From an uncultured Verrucomicrobia subdivision 3 bacterium (GTDB lineage Bacteria; Verrucomicrobiota; Verrucomicrobiia; Limisphaerales; UBA8199): a stretch of DNA of 64,000 nt. Of this stretch, positions 1-8,041 are shown one piece after another; the stretch's first letter is position 1; every line of letters starts with the position of its first letter. The translations under genes were made by a program, and so were the position numbers. The stretch lies in assembly GCA_903912925.1 (NCBI GenBank), contig CAIWJG010000631.1, forward strand, positions 3,004-67,003, read 5' to 3'. Below the pieces are notes generated by a model, which searched no databases, was not told the DNA's origin, and saw nothing but the letters and a program-made list of their open reading frames with translations.

Positions 1-2
1 AC

Positions 3-962
3 GCTTGCCAGGCCGTTGATTGGCTTACGACCGGCAAGGGCGGAGCGGAGGTGATGGTTGCGGCGCTGCCTTTGTTCCACATATACGCCATGACCTGCGT
101 GATGATTGCGTCGGTCCTGAAAGGCGGGAGTGTGGTGATCCTGCCCCGCTTCGAGCTGCGCGCCACGCTGAATATCATCCGCAAGTATCACCCCACCATA
201 TTCCATGGCGTCCCGACGATGTATGTGGCGTTCAACAACGCGCCGCACGTTGAAAGGTACGGCTTCAAGTCGCTCCGCATCTGCATGAGCGGCGGGGCGG
301 CACTGCCGGTCGAGGTGCGCGAGCGGTTCGAGGCCCTGACCGGCGGCAGACTGGTGGAGGGCTACGGACTTACCGAAGCCTCGCCCGTAACACACATCAA
401 CCCGCCGACCGGTTCACCCAAGGTGGGCAGCATCGGCCTGCCGTTGGCTGATACGGAGGCGCGGATAGTTGATCTGGATGACAGCGAGCGTGAGGTAGCC
501 GTCGGCGAAGCCGGCGAGATCGCCATCCGCGGTCCGCAGGTGATGAAAGGCTACTGGAACAAGCCGGAGGAAACCTCGCTGGTGCTGCGCGACGGTTGGC
601 TCTACACCGGTGACGTGGCGAGGAAAGACGAGGATGGGTATTTCTACATCGTTGACCGCAAGAAAGACATGATCATTGCGGGCGGCTACAACATTTATCC
701 ACGCGAGGTCGAAGAGGTGCTATGGGAGCATCCCAAGATCCTGGAAGCCGCCGTAATCGGTGTGCCCGATGCATATCGGGGTGAAACCGTTAAGGCCTTC
801 GTTGTCTTGCAACCCGGCACCTCGGCCACCGCTGACGAGATTATGGCTTTCTGCCGCGAGCGCCTGGCGGCCTACAAAGTGCCGCGCATGGTGGTCTTTC
901 GCGAGTCCTTGCCCAAATCCGGCGTGGGGAAGTATCTTCGGCGCGCGCTCCGAGATCTGTAG
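3..962 (+). CDS. fadD: Long-chain fatty-acid--CoA ligase (ANL/AMP-binding superfamily), C-terminal ~320 aa; 5' end lies outside the window
   Basis: Frame 3 is open from the window edge (track ORF 51..962). ANL hallmarks: GYGLTEASP, YTGDVARKDEDGYFYIVDRKKDMII, GYNIYPREVEEVL, KVPRMVVFRESLPKSGVGKYLRR. Confidence 0.9.
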   Translation, partial: ACQAVDWLTTGKGGAEVMVAALPLFHIYAMTCVMIASVLKGGSVVILPRFELRATLNIIRKYHPTIFHGVPTMYVAFNNAPHVERYGFKSLRICMSGGAALPVEVRERFEALTGGRLVEGYGLTEASPVTHINPPTGSPKVGSIGLPLADTEARIVDLDDSEREVAVGEAGEIAIRGPQVMKGYWNKPEETSLVLRDGWLYTGDVARKDEDGYFYIVDRKKDMIIAGGYNIYPREVEEVLWEHPKILEAAVIGVPDAYRGETVKAFVVLQPGTSATADEIMAFCRERLAAYKVPRMVVFRESLPKSGVGKYLRRALRDL

Positions 963-1125
963 GCGCCAACGCGCGACTCGCTTCTGCAGGAAACACGGAT
1001 TGCATCCGTGCCTGTAGGTGTTGCATCATCCCCGAAAGTTAACTGAGATGAATAGACCGCGCATGAATACCAGACTCGCCACCGCACATCAAATCCCGGC
1101 AAGAACCGTATTGTCCCGACAGTGG

Positions 1126-1402
1126 CAGGGCTACTCTAAAGTCCGGCCAGTTGAGGGAAGATCATGTTCTGCAGCCCTGGAATCCGAAGACCGAAGGCCG
1201 AAATCCGAAGCCCGAAGGATCTCAACATCGAACATCGAACATCGAACATCCAACATCGAACATCCAACGGCGGCGGCGGCTCCCTTTCAGGTATTGGATG
1301 TTGGATGTTGGATGTTCGATGTTCGATGTTTCCTTCTTCGCCCTTCTTCGGTCTTCGGGTTTCGGGTTTGGAATGGCCCGTGCCGACTTTAGAGCAGCCC
1401 TG
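1126..1402. repeat. Hairpin element H1: ~277-bp imperfect palindrome with microsatellite arms
   Basis: Outer stem cagggctactctaaagtccggc (1126-1147) pairs with gccgactttagagcagccctg (1382-1402). Middle arms are ccgaag-type units (~1180-1218) against cttcgg-type units (~1332-1371). Inner arms are aacatcg/aacatcc 7-mers (~1224-1268) against ggatgtt/cgatgtt 7-mers (~1294-1330). GC-rich loop cggcggcggcggctccctttcagg. Confidence 0.85.
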
Positions 1403-2638
1403 CGACAGTGGCTCCTGCTAGCGTTCTGCTTCTTCGGCCTGGCCCAGGCGGTCAGCGCTGCCGACCAAATTACCCTGGCCGATCACGGCAAGAGCAAGTA
1501 CCGGATCGTGCTGCCGGCGGCCGCGATCCCAGCCGAACGTTATGCGGCAGAAGAACTGCAGCATTACCTCGAAAAGATAAGCGGCGCGCTACTCCCCATC
1601 GTAACGGATGCGGTAAAGCCGACCGCGTATGAAATCCAACTTGGCAATACCGCGCATCTGGCCCGGCTGCGCTCGAAGGTGGATTTCGCAGGACTGGGCC
1701 CGGACGGCTTTGTGCTGGGCGTGGAGGGCAAGACTGTCATCATCGCCGGCGGCAGACCGCGCGGTACGTTGAACGGCGTCTATACGCTTCTGGAAGAGAA
1801 ACTCGGCGTGCGTTGGTTCACGCCGGAAGTCGAAGTCGTGCCCAAGCTTGACCGCGTGCGGCTGCTTAAAGCTACGGAAACGCGAGTCCCAGCGCTGCAA
1901 AACCGCGACGTCTTCTGGCGGGAAATGATGCGCAACGCAGACTTCGCGGCGCGCCACCGCCTCAACGGGCAGCATTACGGCCTGACGGAGAAGCAAGGCG
2001 GTGCCTTCACCGTTTATTTCCCCTTCGTCCACAGCTTTGACGCTCTGGTTCCGCCTGACCTGTATCAGGCGCACCCTGAGTATTTCCCGCTCATAAACGG
2101 CAAGCGCAAAAGCGGCTACGTCCAGCGCTGCCTGTCCAATCCCGACGTGCTGAAGATCTCGATCGCGCGCGTGCAGCAGTGGATCAAAGAACACCCGGAG
2201 GCGACCATCTTCAGCGTCTCGCAGAACGACGCGATCGAGAACTGCCGGTGCGAACAATGCAAGGGGCTGGACGACGCGGAAGGCAGCCCCGCGGCTTCGC
2301 TGCTCAAGTTCGTGAACGCCATTGCCGAAGCCATCGAGCCAGACCATCCCAACATCCGCATAGATACGTTGGCCTACCAATACACGCGCAAGGCACCCAA
2401 GACAATTCGTCCGCGCCACAACGTAATCGTGCGCCTCTGCTCGATTGAATGCTGCTTCTCGCACCCCCTCGACACCTGCCCGGCGGAGGAGAACAAGCAT
2501 TTCCGGGATGATATTATTGCCTGGGGCAAGGTCGCGCCGCTGATCTACGTGTGGGACTACACGACCGACTTCGGCCACTATCAGCAGCCGTTCCCGAACT
2601 TCGATTCGTTGCAGTCGAACGTCCGGTTCTTCGTCTAG
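1373..2638 (+). CDS. DUF4838-like secreted glycoside hydrolase, fragment 1 of 2 (ends at in-frame TAG 2636-2638)
   Basis: The ATG at 1373 gives the signal peptide MARADFRAALRQWLLLAFCFFGLAQAVSA. The mature N-terminus ADQITLADHGKSKYRIVLPAAAIPAERYAAEELQHYLEKISG and the motif SQNDAIENCRCEQCK are typical of DUF4838. The part of the track ORF upstream of 1373 only translates the hairpin repeat. Confidence 0.8.
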   Translation: MARADFRAALRQWLLLAFCFFGLAQAVSAADQITLADHGKSKYRIVLPAAAIPAERYAAEELQHYLEKISGALLPIVTDAVKPTAYEIQLGNTAHLARLRSKVDFAGLGPDGFVLGVEGKTVIIAGGRPRGTLNGVYTLLEEKLGVRWFTPEVEVVPKLDRVRLLKATETRVPALQNRDVFWREMMRNADFAARHRLNGQHYGLTEKQGGAFTVYFPFVHSFDALVPPDLYQAHPEYFPLINGKRKSGYVQRCLSNPDVLKISIARVQQWIKEHPEATIFSVSQNDAIENCRCEQCKGLDDAEGSPAASLLKFVNAIAEAIEPDHPNIRIDTLAYQYTRKAPKTIRPRHNVIVRLCSIECCFSHPLDTCPAEENKHFRDDIIAWGKVAPLIYVWDYTTDFGHYQQPFPNFDSLQSNVRFFV

Positions 2639-2653
2639 CACGGCGTCAAGAGC

Positions 2654-3157
2654 TTGTTTGAGCAGGGCAATTATTCCGGCGGCGGCAACGGCGAAATGGG
2701 TCCCCTGCGGGCCTATGTCCTGGCCAAGCTGCTTTGGAACCCGGACACGGATGTGCAAAAGCACATCCAGGAGTTCGTGAACGCTTACTATGGCAAGGCC
2801 GCCCCGAAGATCCTGGCCTACATAGACACCACGCACAGCCCAGTGCGCGAGAAAGGCCTGCACGCCCACATCTTCGACGCTCCTACGTCTCGCTACCTGA
2901 AGAGCGATGTGATGGAAGCCGGGGAGAAGCTCCTCGACGAGGCTGAGCAATTGGCCGAGAACGACGACATTCGCTTCCGGGTGCAGGTAGCGCGCTTGCC
3001 CGTGTGGTACACGAAGATCGCCAACAAACGGATCACCGCGGAGGCCAGGAAGGATCTGGCCCGGCGGCTGGTTGGCATCGCTCGCAAGGCCGGCGTTTCG
3101 AACATAAACGAAGGAACCTCCCTTGACGACTGGGCCAAACAGCAGGGGGTTGAGTGA
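2654..3157 (+). CDS. DUF4838-like hydrolase, fragment 2 of 2 (same reading frame as 1373..2638)
   Basis: 2636 and 2654 are both frame 2. Reading through the TAG gives the continuous peptide RFFV*HGVKSLFEQGNYSGGGNGEMGPLRAYVLAKLLWNPD, so this is the C-terminal part of one gene. Confidence 0.75.
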   Translation: MFEQGNYSGGGNGEMGPLRAYVLAKLLWNPDTDVQKHIQEFVNAYYGKAAPKILAYIDTTHSPVREKGLHAHIFDAPTSRYLKSDVMEAGEKLLDEAEQLAENDDIRFRVQVARLPVWYTKIANKRITAEARKDLARRLVGIARKAGVSNINEGTSLDDWAKQQGVE

Positions 3158-3163
3158 GAATTG

Positions 3164-3321
3164 GAGTAACTGTTCAGGTGTGGGGCAGACCTCCGGTCTG
3201 CCGGTTCACGGAGTCTCTGACTCCGTGCCCATCGGGTCGCCGGAACACCGGGCCAGAGGCCCGGCTAACCGGCAGACCGGAGGTCTGCCCCACATTCTGA
3301 CCTGAACAGTTACCGCTCTCC
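3164..3321. repeat. Compound palindromic intergenic element (multi-stem, ~158 bp)
   Basis: ggagtaactgttcaggtgtggggcagacctccggtctgccggtt (3164-3206) is mirrored by aaccggcagaccggaggtctgccccacattctgacctgaacagttaccgctctcc (3267-3321). Nested small hairpins: cacggagtctctgactccgtg and ccgggccagaggcccgg. Confidence 0.8.
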
Positions 3322-3344
3322 ATGAACCCTGGCTCAACAGACTG

Positions 3345-3387
3345 CCCCCTCACCCCGACCCTCTCCCCCTCGGCGGGGGAGAGGGAG
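3345..3387. repeat. Short GC hairpin repeat (ccctcacccc...ctctccccctcggcgggggagag)
   Basis: Stem ctctcccc/ggggagag around a tcggc loop. A related ccccctcaccc...gggtgaggggg hairpin occurs at 30556-30605. Confidence 0.6.
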
Positions 3388-3509
3388 ACATGCGGACAGT
3401 GGTCGAGAATGCGGACGCGCTTGCCTCCACCAACGCACGGCGGGGTGAGGGGTCCGTTTTGGCAATGGGGTTTATGGTCTCTCTGTGCGCTGAGAGCAAG
3501 GAGGAGGCT

Positions 3510-4892
3510 ATGACAACCTTCCCCACCACGCTGACCGCCCTCAAATCAAGCGGGACCTTATTCACTCCGGACCGCCCCATCCGCTACAGCCGCGCGCCCG
3601 GCCGACTCGACCTGATGGGGGGTAACGATGATTACACCGGAGGACTGGTCTTTGAAGCGACGATTCGCGAAGCCACCTGGGCGGCGGTGCAGTTGCGCGG
3701 GGATCGCCGGATTGTATTTCTCAACCCGCAGATGAAGGAGCGGGGATGGCAGGACCGCACTGAGTTCTCGCTCGATGACCTCACAGCGGATGACGCGGTG
3801 CGCGCGCTGGTGAACCGTGATCCTGGGGTCCGGTGGACCGCTTACGTGCTGGGCTTGTTCCATCTGCTGCAAAAGCGGTTCCCGCAGCAAGTGCAAAATG
3901 GAGCCAGCGTTTACATCGAGTCGGATGTGCCGCTCAACAAGGGCGTCAGCTCGTCCGCTTCGGTTGAAGTGGCGGTGATGAAGGCGGCGGTGGGAGCCTA
4001 CGGCATCAACCTCGCGGGCGTTGAGCTCGCCGAAGCTTGTCAATGGGTGGAGAATGTCATCGCCGAATCCGCCTGCGGGATTATGGATCAGATCACCGTG
4101 GTATTGGGGGACGAGGGTTGTATCCTGCCATTGCTATGCCAGCCTTGTCTGCCGCGCCCGCTCGTGCAACTGCCGGAAGGGCTCGCCTGTTGGGCGGTGG
4201 ATTCCGGCGTCAGCCATATGGTCTCCGGCATCGAATATGAGGCCGCACGCGCCGGCGCATTCATGGGCTACAAGCTGATCTGCGATTGGGAAGGACTACC
4301 GGTGCAGCTTGATGAGTCGGGCCAAATCCCCCGCTGGACGGACTCGCGCTGGAACGGCTACCTCGCCAACCTGTCCCCTTCCCTCTTTCGCGCGCGCTAC
4401 GAACCGCGCTTGGCCGAGACGATGACCGGCGCCGAATACCTGCGCGATGGCCAGATCCATGTGGATCCCTTCACTCGTATGCGCCCGGAGGTGACCTACC
4501 GTGTCCGCGCCTGCACCCGCTACGCGGTCGAGGAAAACTTCCGCGTGAACCTGTTCGCCGAACTGGCGCGGGGCGGAGTCGGGTTCGAGCAGATGGGCGA
4601 CCTGATGTATCAATCCCATCATGGCTACACCGAATGCGGCCTGGGATGCGAGGCCACCGATCTGCTGGTGGAGCTTGTTCGTGAGGCGGGGGCAGCGAGC
4701 GGGCTGTTCGGCGCGAAGGTCACCGGCGGCGGTGCGGGTGGGACTGTGGCGGTGCTCGGCCGCAAGGACGCGAGGCCGGCCTTCGACCATGTTGTGAGCC
4801 ACTACGCGGAAGCCCGTGGTATTGCGCCCTACGTCTTTGAAGGCAGTTCGATGGGCGCGGATCAGTTCGGCATCAAGACCCTGGAACCTTGA
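3510..4892 (+). CDS. GHMP-family sugar kinase (galactokinase / arabinokinase-like)
   Basis: ATG 3510 is preceded by aaggaggaggct. Galactokinase-type signature GRLDLMGGNDDYTGG, GHMP motif PLNKGVSSSASVEVAVM, and C-terminal AKVTGGGAGGTVAVLG. Confidence 0.85.
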   Translation: MTTFPTTLTALKSSGTLFTPDRPIRYSRAPGRLDLMGGNDDYTGGLVFEATIREATWAAVQLRGDRRIVFLNPQMKERGWQDRTEFSLDDLTADDAVRALVNRDPGVRWTAYVLGLFHLLQKRFPQQVQNGASVYIESDVPLNKGVSSSASVEVAVMKAAVGAYGINLAGVELAEACQWVENVIAESACGIMDQITVVLGDEGCILPLLCQPCLPRPLVQLPEGLACWAVDSGVSHMVSGIEYEAARAGAFMGYKLICDWEGLPVQLDESGQIPRWTDSRWNGYLANLSPSLFRARYEPRLAETMTGAEYLRDGQIHVDPFTRMRPEVTYRVRACTRYAVEENFRVNLFAELARGGVGFEQMGDLMYQSHHGYTECGLGCEATDLLVELVREAGAASGLFGAKVTGGGAGGTVAVLGRKDARPAFDHVVSHYAEARGIAPYVFEGSSMGADQFGIKTLEP

Positions 4893-4895
4893 CCT

Positions 4896-5846
4896 ATGGA
4901 GAACGCCGCCCCACCGCCTGCCGCCAAGTCGAAGTCCCGAGCGCTCTGGTTCTTCTTGCTGCTCGCCCTGGTGAACCTGATGTGGGCCGCTCAGGGCACA
5001 GCGGTCAAGTTCCTCGAAGGCAAGCTTGGCCCGATAGCCATCACCTTCCTGCCGTTCTATGTGACGACGCTGCTCTTCGTCCCGTTACTGATGCGCGAGC
5101 GCCGACGCAGCCCGGGAGCCGCTGCCCTCACCCGCGCCGACTGGCTCCGATTTGCTGCCGCCGGGATTGGCGGGCAGGTCCTGGCTCAGCTTGGCATGAC
5201 CTGGGGCATCACCAAGTCCCTCGCTTCCAATGCTGCCATCCTCAACCTGCTCATCCCAGTGCTGACGGCGGTGCTCGCCTCGTTCATGCTGCGCGAGCGG
5301 GTCACCCGGCTGCGGGTGGCCTGTCTCATCGTGGGGTTGGCAGGGGTATTTCTGTTGTCCGTCCAGGACCTCAAGCAAAGCTCGTTCCTGCAATCGAATT
5401 ACCTCGCCGGAAACCTGCTCATCCTCGCGGGGTGCCTGGGCTCCGCCTTCTACAACGTTTACTGCAAAGGGCTGCTCCAGCGGTTTCAGGAAATCGAGAT
5501 CCTCATCTTCAGCTATGTAACGGCCTCGATCGCGAGCGTGCCGCTGCTCATCTGGGCTGAGCCGTTCCACTTTGCACAACTGGCCGCGCTGGACTGGCGC
5601 GGCTGGCTGGCCTTCGCCTTCCTGGCGATCTTCATGTACGGTCTTTCGATGGTGCTGTTCTTCTACGTCTTGCAGCACTTGCCCGTGACGGTCGCCTCCG
5701 CATCGCTCTACCTCGTGCCGGTGTTTGGCATCCTGATTGCCGCCGCTTTCCTGGGAGAACGTCTGACGCCGGTGGCTTTCGTTGGCACAGGCGTCGTGCT
5801 CCTTTCTACCATCATCATCATGAAATGGGACAAGAGCGCCGTATGA
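4896..5846 (+). CDS. EamA/DMT-family transporter
   Basis: About 10 hydrophobic helices with two EamA-like halves. N-terminus ALWFFLLLALVNLMWAAQGTAVKF. Confidence 0.85.
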   Translation: MENAAPPPAAKSKSRALWFFLLLALVNLMWAAQGTAVKFLEGKLGPIAITFLPFYVTTLLFVPLLMRERRRSPGAAALTRADWLRFAAAGIGGQVLAQLGMTWGITKSLASNAAILNLLIPVLTAVLASFMLRERVTRLRVACLIVGLAGVFLLSVQDLKQSSFLQSNYLAGNLLILAGCLGSAFYNVYCKGLLQRFQEIEILIFSYVTASIASVPLLIWAEPFHFAQLAALDWRGWLAFAFLAIFMYGLSMVLFFYVLQHLPVTVASASLYLVPVFGILIAAAFLGERLTPVAFVGTGVVLLSTIIIMKWDKSAV

Positions 5847-5873
5847 GCGCCCGCGGTTGGCGGCGCGGCGAAG

Positions 5874-6503
5874 TCAACTCTTGAGCCGATGCTGTCGCAG
5901 CAGGGTGGGATAATCATGTCCCTTGTCCCGGGCAGCCAGAAGAATCTTCGCGCAAGCCTGAGCATCGGAGACCGCATCGTGATGCTTGAGCGGAATGCTC
6001 AAGTGCCGGCACACGTGCGCCAGGGTGGTGGGACGCAGGCCCCAAACGGAGCGTGCCAATCGGACCGTACACAGGTAGCTATTCGGAGCGGGAAAGATTC
6101 CGGCGCTTTCGCAACAGGCACGCAACACAGAGCGATCAAACGAGGCGTTGTGGGCAGCGACGAAATCCACCCCCTGCAGCACGCTGGAAATCTCGGGCCA
6201 TAGCTCCGCAAATGTCGGCTTGTGCTGCACATCCCGCCAGGTAATGCCGTGAATGTAGGTAAACACAAAATGAGACCGTGGCGGCCGAACCAGGCTGCTC
6301 CAGGTTTGCACGAGGGTGCCATCTTCGACCAGCACGATTGATAAAGCGCATGCGCTGTCGCGTCCCATGTCCGCCGTTTCAAAATCAATGGCCGCAAACC
6401 GCGCGGGACGCGGTGGGGATGGGGAATCGCCCGGAGGCAAGTCCGGCTTGGCCGCGTGGGGACAAGCGGCATGACTGGGTTGGACGGGTTCCGAGCTGAC
6501 CAT
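5874..6503 (-). CDS. DEDDh 3'-5' exonuclease (DnaQ / epsilon-like)
   Basis: Exo motifs FAAIDFETADMG, AHNASFDRSVL and HHDAVSDAQACAKI. ATG at 6503 is preferred over the TTG at 6554 used by the track. Confidence 0.8.
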   Translation of the reverse strand: MVSSEPVQPSHAACPHAAKPDLPPGDSPSPPRPARFAAIDFETADMGRDSACALSIVLVEDGTLVQTWSSLVRPPRSHFVFTYIHGITWRDVQHKPTFAELWPEISSVLQGVDFVAAHNASFDRSVLRACCESAGIFPAPNSYLCTVRLARSVWGLRPTTLAHVCRHLSIPLKHHDAVSDAQACAKILLAARDKGHDYPTLLRQHRLKS

Positions 6504-6610
6504 CCCGCCATCATATCCCAGCCAGCTTCTTACGTTCAAGCCTGCGAAGCACAAGTTGTTCGTTAATTCTTCTCAATTGACGCCAGATTCGCCATGATTC
6601 GCTGTTGCTT

Positions 6611-8041
6611 ATGACAAAGCGTTTCTTTCTTTCCGTAGTCGCAATTCGCCTCGCCACGAGTTCCGCGCTCACGCCCCTGCTCGCCGCGGAGCTGGAGAAA
6701 GAGCCGGTCGCCCTCGGCACACGCGTGGAGATGTTTGTGGACGATTGGCTCATTGATGCAGGCCGCTCGCCCGGCACGGTATCGCTGCAACTGACCCCGC
6801 CCGTAAAGCGCGAGATTGTGCTCGTGACCGACAAGCCGTGGGAAGGGCCGGACAGCGCGTATTTCAGCGTATTCCAGGACGGCCCGCTGGTGCGGCTTTA
6901 CTATCGTGGCATTGTTCCGGCGGGTGACACCTCCATCGGGCAGGTCACTTGCTACGCGGAAAGCACCGATGGGATTCATTTCACCCGGCCTAACCTGGGG
7001 TTGGTTGAATTCGAGGGCTCGAAGGAGAACAACATCATTTACCGGGGCATCGAGGCACACAACTTCGCGCCGTTCCGCGATGCCAATCCGGCGGCCCGAC
7101 CGGAAGAGCGTTACAAAGCGATGGCCGGCATCCAGAGCAAACTCTACGCCTTCGTTGCCCCTGACGGCATCCACTGGACAAAGCTGCAAGCTGACCCGGT
7201 GATGACCAAAGGCGCGTTCGATTCGCTCAACCTATCCTTCTGGGACGACCGGACCCAGAACTACCGCTGCTTCTCCCGGCATTTCGAAGAGGGGGTGCGG
7301 GCTATTCAGAGTTGCACCTCCACGGACTTCATCCACTGGGCCGACCCGGTGCCTAATCGCTACCCCAAGCGCGCGCCGAAGGAGCACTTCTACACCAACG
7401 GCACGCGCCCCTGCCCCGGCGCGCCGCACATCTACCTGTCGTTCCCGAAACGCTTCGTGCCGGAGCGCAAGAAGTTCGCCGACTACAAAGAGATAGGCGT
7501 ATCCGACGCGGTGTTCCTGAGCAGCCGCGACGGGGAGAACTGGGACCGCACGTTTCTGGAAGCCTGGGTGCGCCCCGGCCCGGACAACCGCAACTGGACG
7601 CAGCGCAGCAACATGCCCGCCTGGGGCATCGTGCAACTCGATCCAACGGAGTTCTCGATGTACATCACCGAGCACTACGAATGGCCCGACCACCGGCTGC
7701 GCCGCATCACCGTGCGCCGACACGGCTTTGCTTCTGCACATGCCAGTGCGGCGGGCGGCGAATTCACAACGCGACCTGTGACGTTTACCGGGAAGAATCT
7801 GATACTGAATTACGCGACCTCAGCCGCGGGCGCGATCCAGGTCGAGGTGCAGGACGCGCACGGCAAGCCCATCGAAGGCCGGTCGCTTGCCGACATGCCG
7901 GTGCTGTTCGGCGACGAACTGGACGCGGTCGTCAGTTGGAAGTCTGGCAGCGACCTGTCCAGCCTTATCGGCAAGCCGGTGCGCTTCCGATTTGTCATGA
8001 AAGACGCTGATCTATTTGCTTTGAGAACTGGAACATTATGA
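6611..8041 (+). CDS. Secreted beta-propeller glycoside-hydrolase-like protein (GH32/43-clan-like fold, family not assigned)
   Basis: ATG 6611 gives the signal peptide MTKRFFLSVVAIRLATSSALTPLLAA. LFVDDWLID-type N-terminus and a C-terminal beta-sandwich-like part (NLILNYATSAAGAIQVEVQD...VRFRFVMKDADLFAL). CDS confidence is high; function confidence is low. Confidence 0.75.
   Translation: MTKRFFLSVVAIRLATSSALTPLLAAELEKEPVALGTRVEMFVDDWLIDAGRSPGTVSLQLTPPVKREIVLVTDKPWEGPDSAYFSVFQDGPLVRLYYRGIVPAGDTSIGQVTCYAESTDGIHFTRPNLGLVEFEGSKENNIIYRGIEAHNFAPFRDANPAARPEERYKAMAGIQSKLYAFVAPDGIHWTKLQADPVMTKGAFDSLNLSFWDDRTQNYRCFSRHFEEGVRAIQSCTSTDFIHWADPVPNRYPKRAPKEHFYTNGTRPCPGAPHIYLSFPKRFVPERKKFADYKEIGVSDAVFLSSRDGENWDRTFLEAWVRPGPDNRNWTQRSNMPAWGIVQLDPTEFSMYITEHYEWPDHRLRRITVRRHGFASAHASAAGGEFTTRPVTFTGKNLILNYATSAAGAIQVEVQDAHGKPIEGRSLADMPVLFGDELDAVVSWKSGSDLSSLIGKPVRFRFVMKDADLFALRTGTL

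Noticed and set aside
1018-1421. ORFs translating the hairpin elements (1018..1392, 1164..1421, 7810..8145, 7995..8432, 22573..22869, 41174..41595, 46110..46315), giving TSNIEHRTSNIEH, WMLDVGCWMFDV, VTWLHGYIVTS and similar
   Set aside because: Open frames exist on both strands and in several phases, simply because the tandem units lack stop codons. The peptides are pure repeat translations with no start context.
2636-2638. TAG as programmed recoding (pyrrolysine or similar)
   Set aside because: No pyl genes or recoding signals are visible here. TAG is also used as an ordinary stop elsewhere in the window, for example at 17819..18610. Mutation or sequencing error is more parsimonious. It is retained as a finding only for the interruption itself.
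1589-2950. 453-aa ORF antisense to the DUF4838-like gene
   Set aside because: It lies entirely within a motif-supported gene on the opposite strand and has an arginine/alanine-rich, low-information translation. This is the typical shadow ORF of GC-rich DNA. It even spans the TAG site, so it does not explain the interruption.
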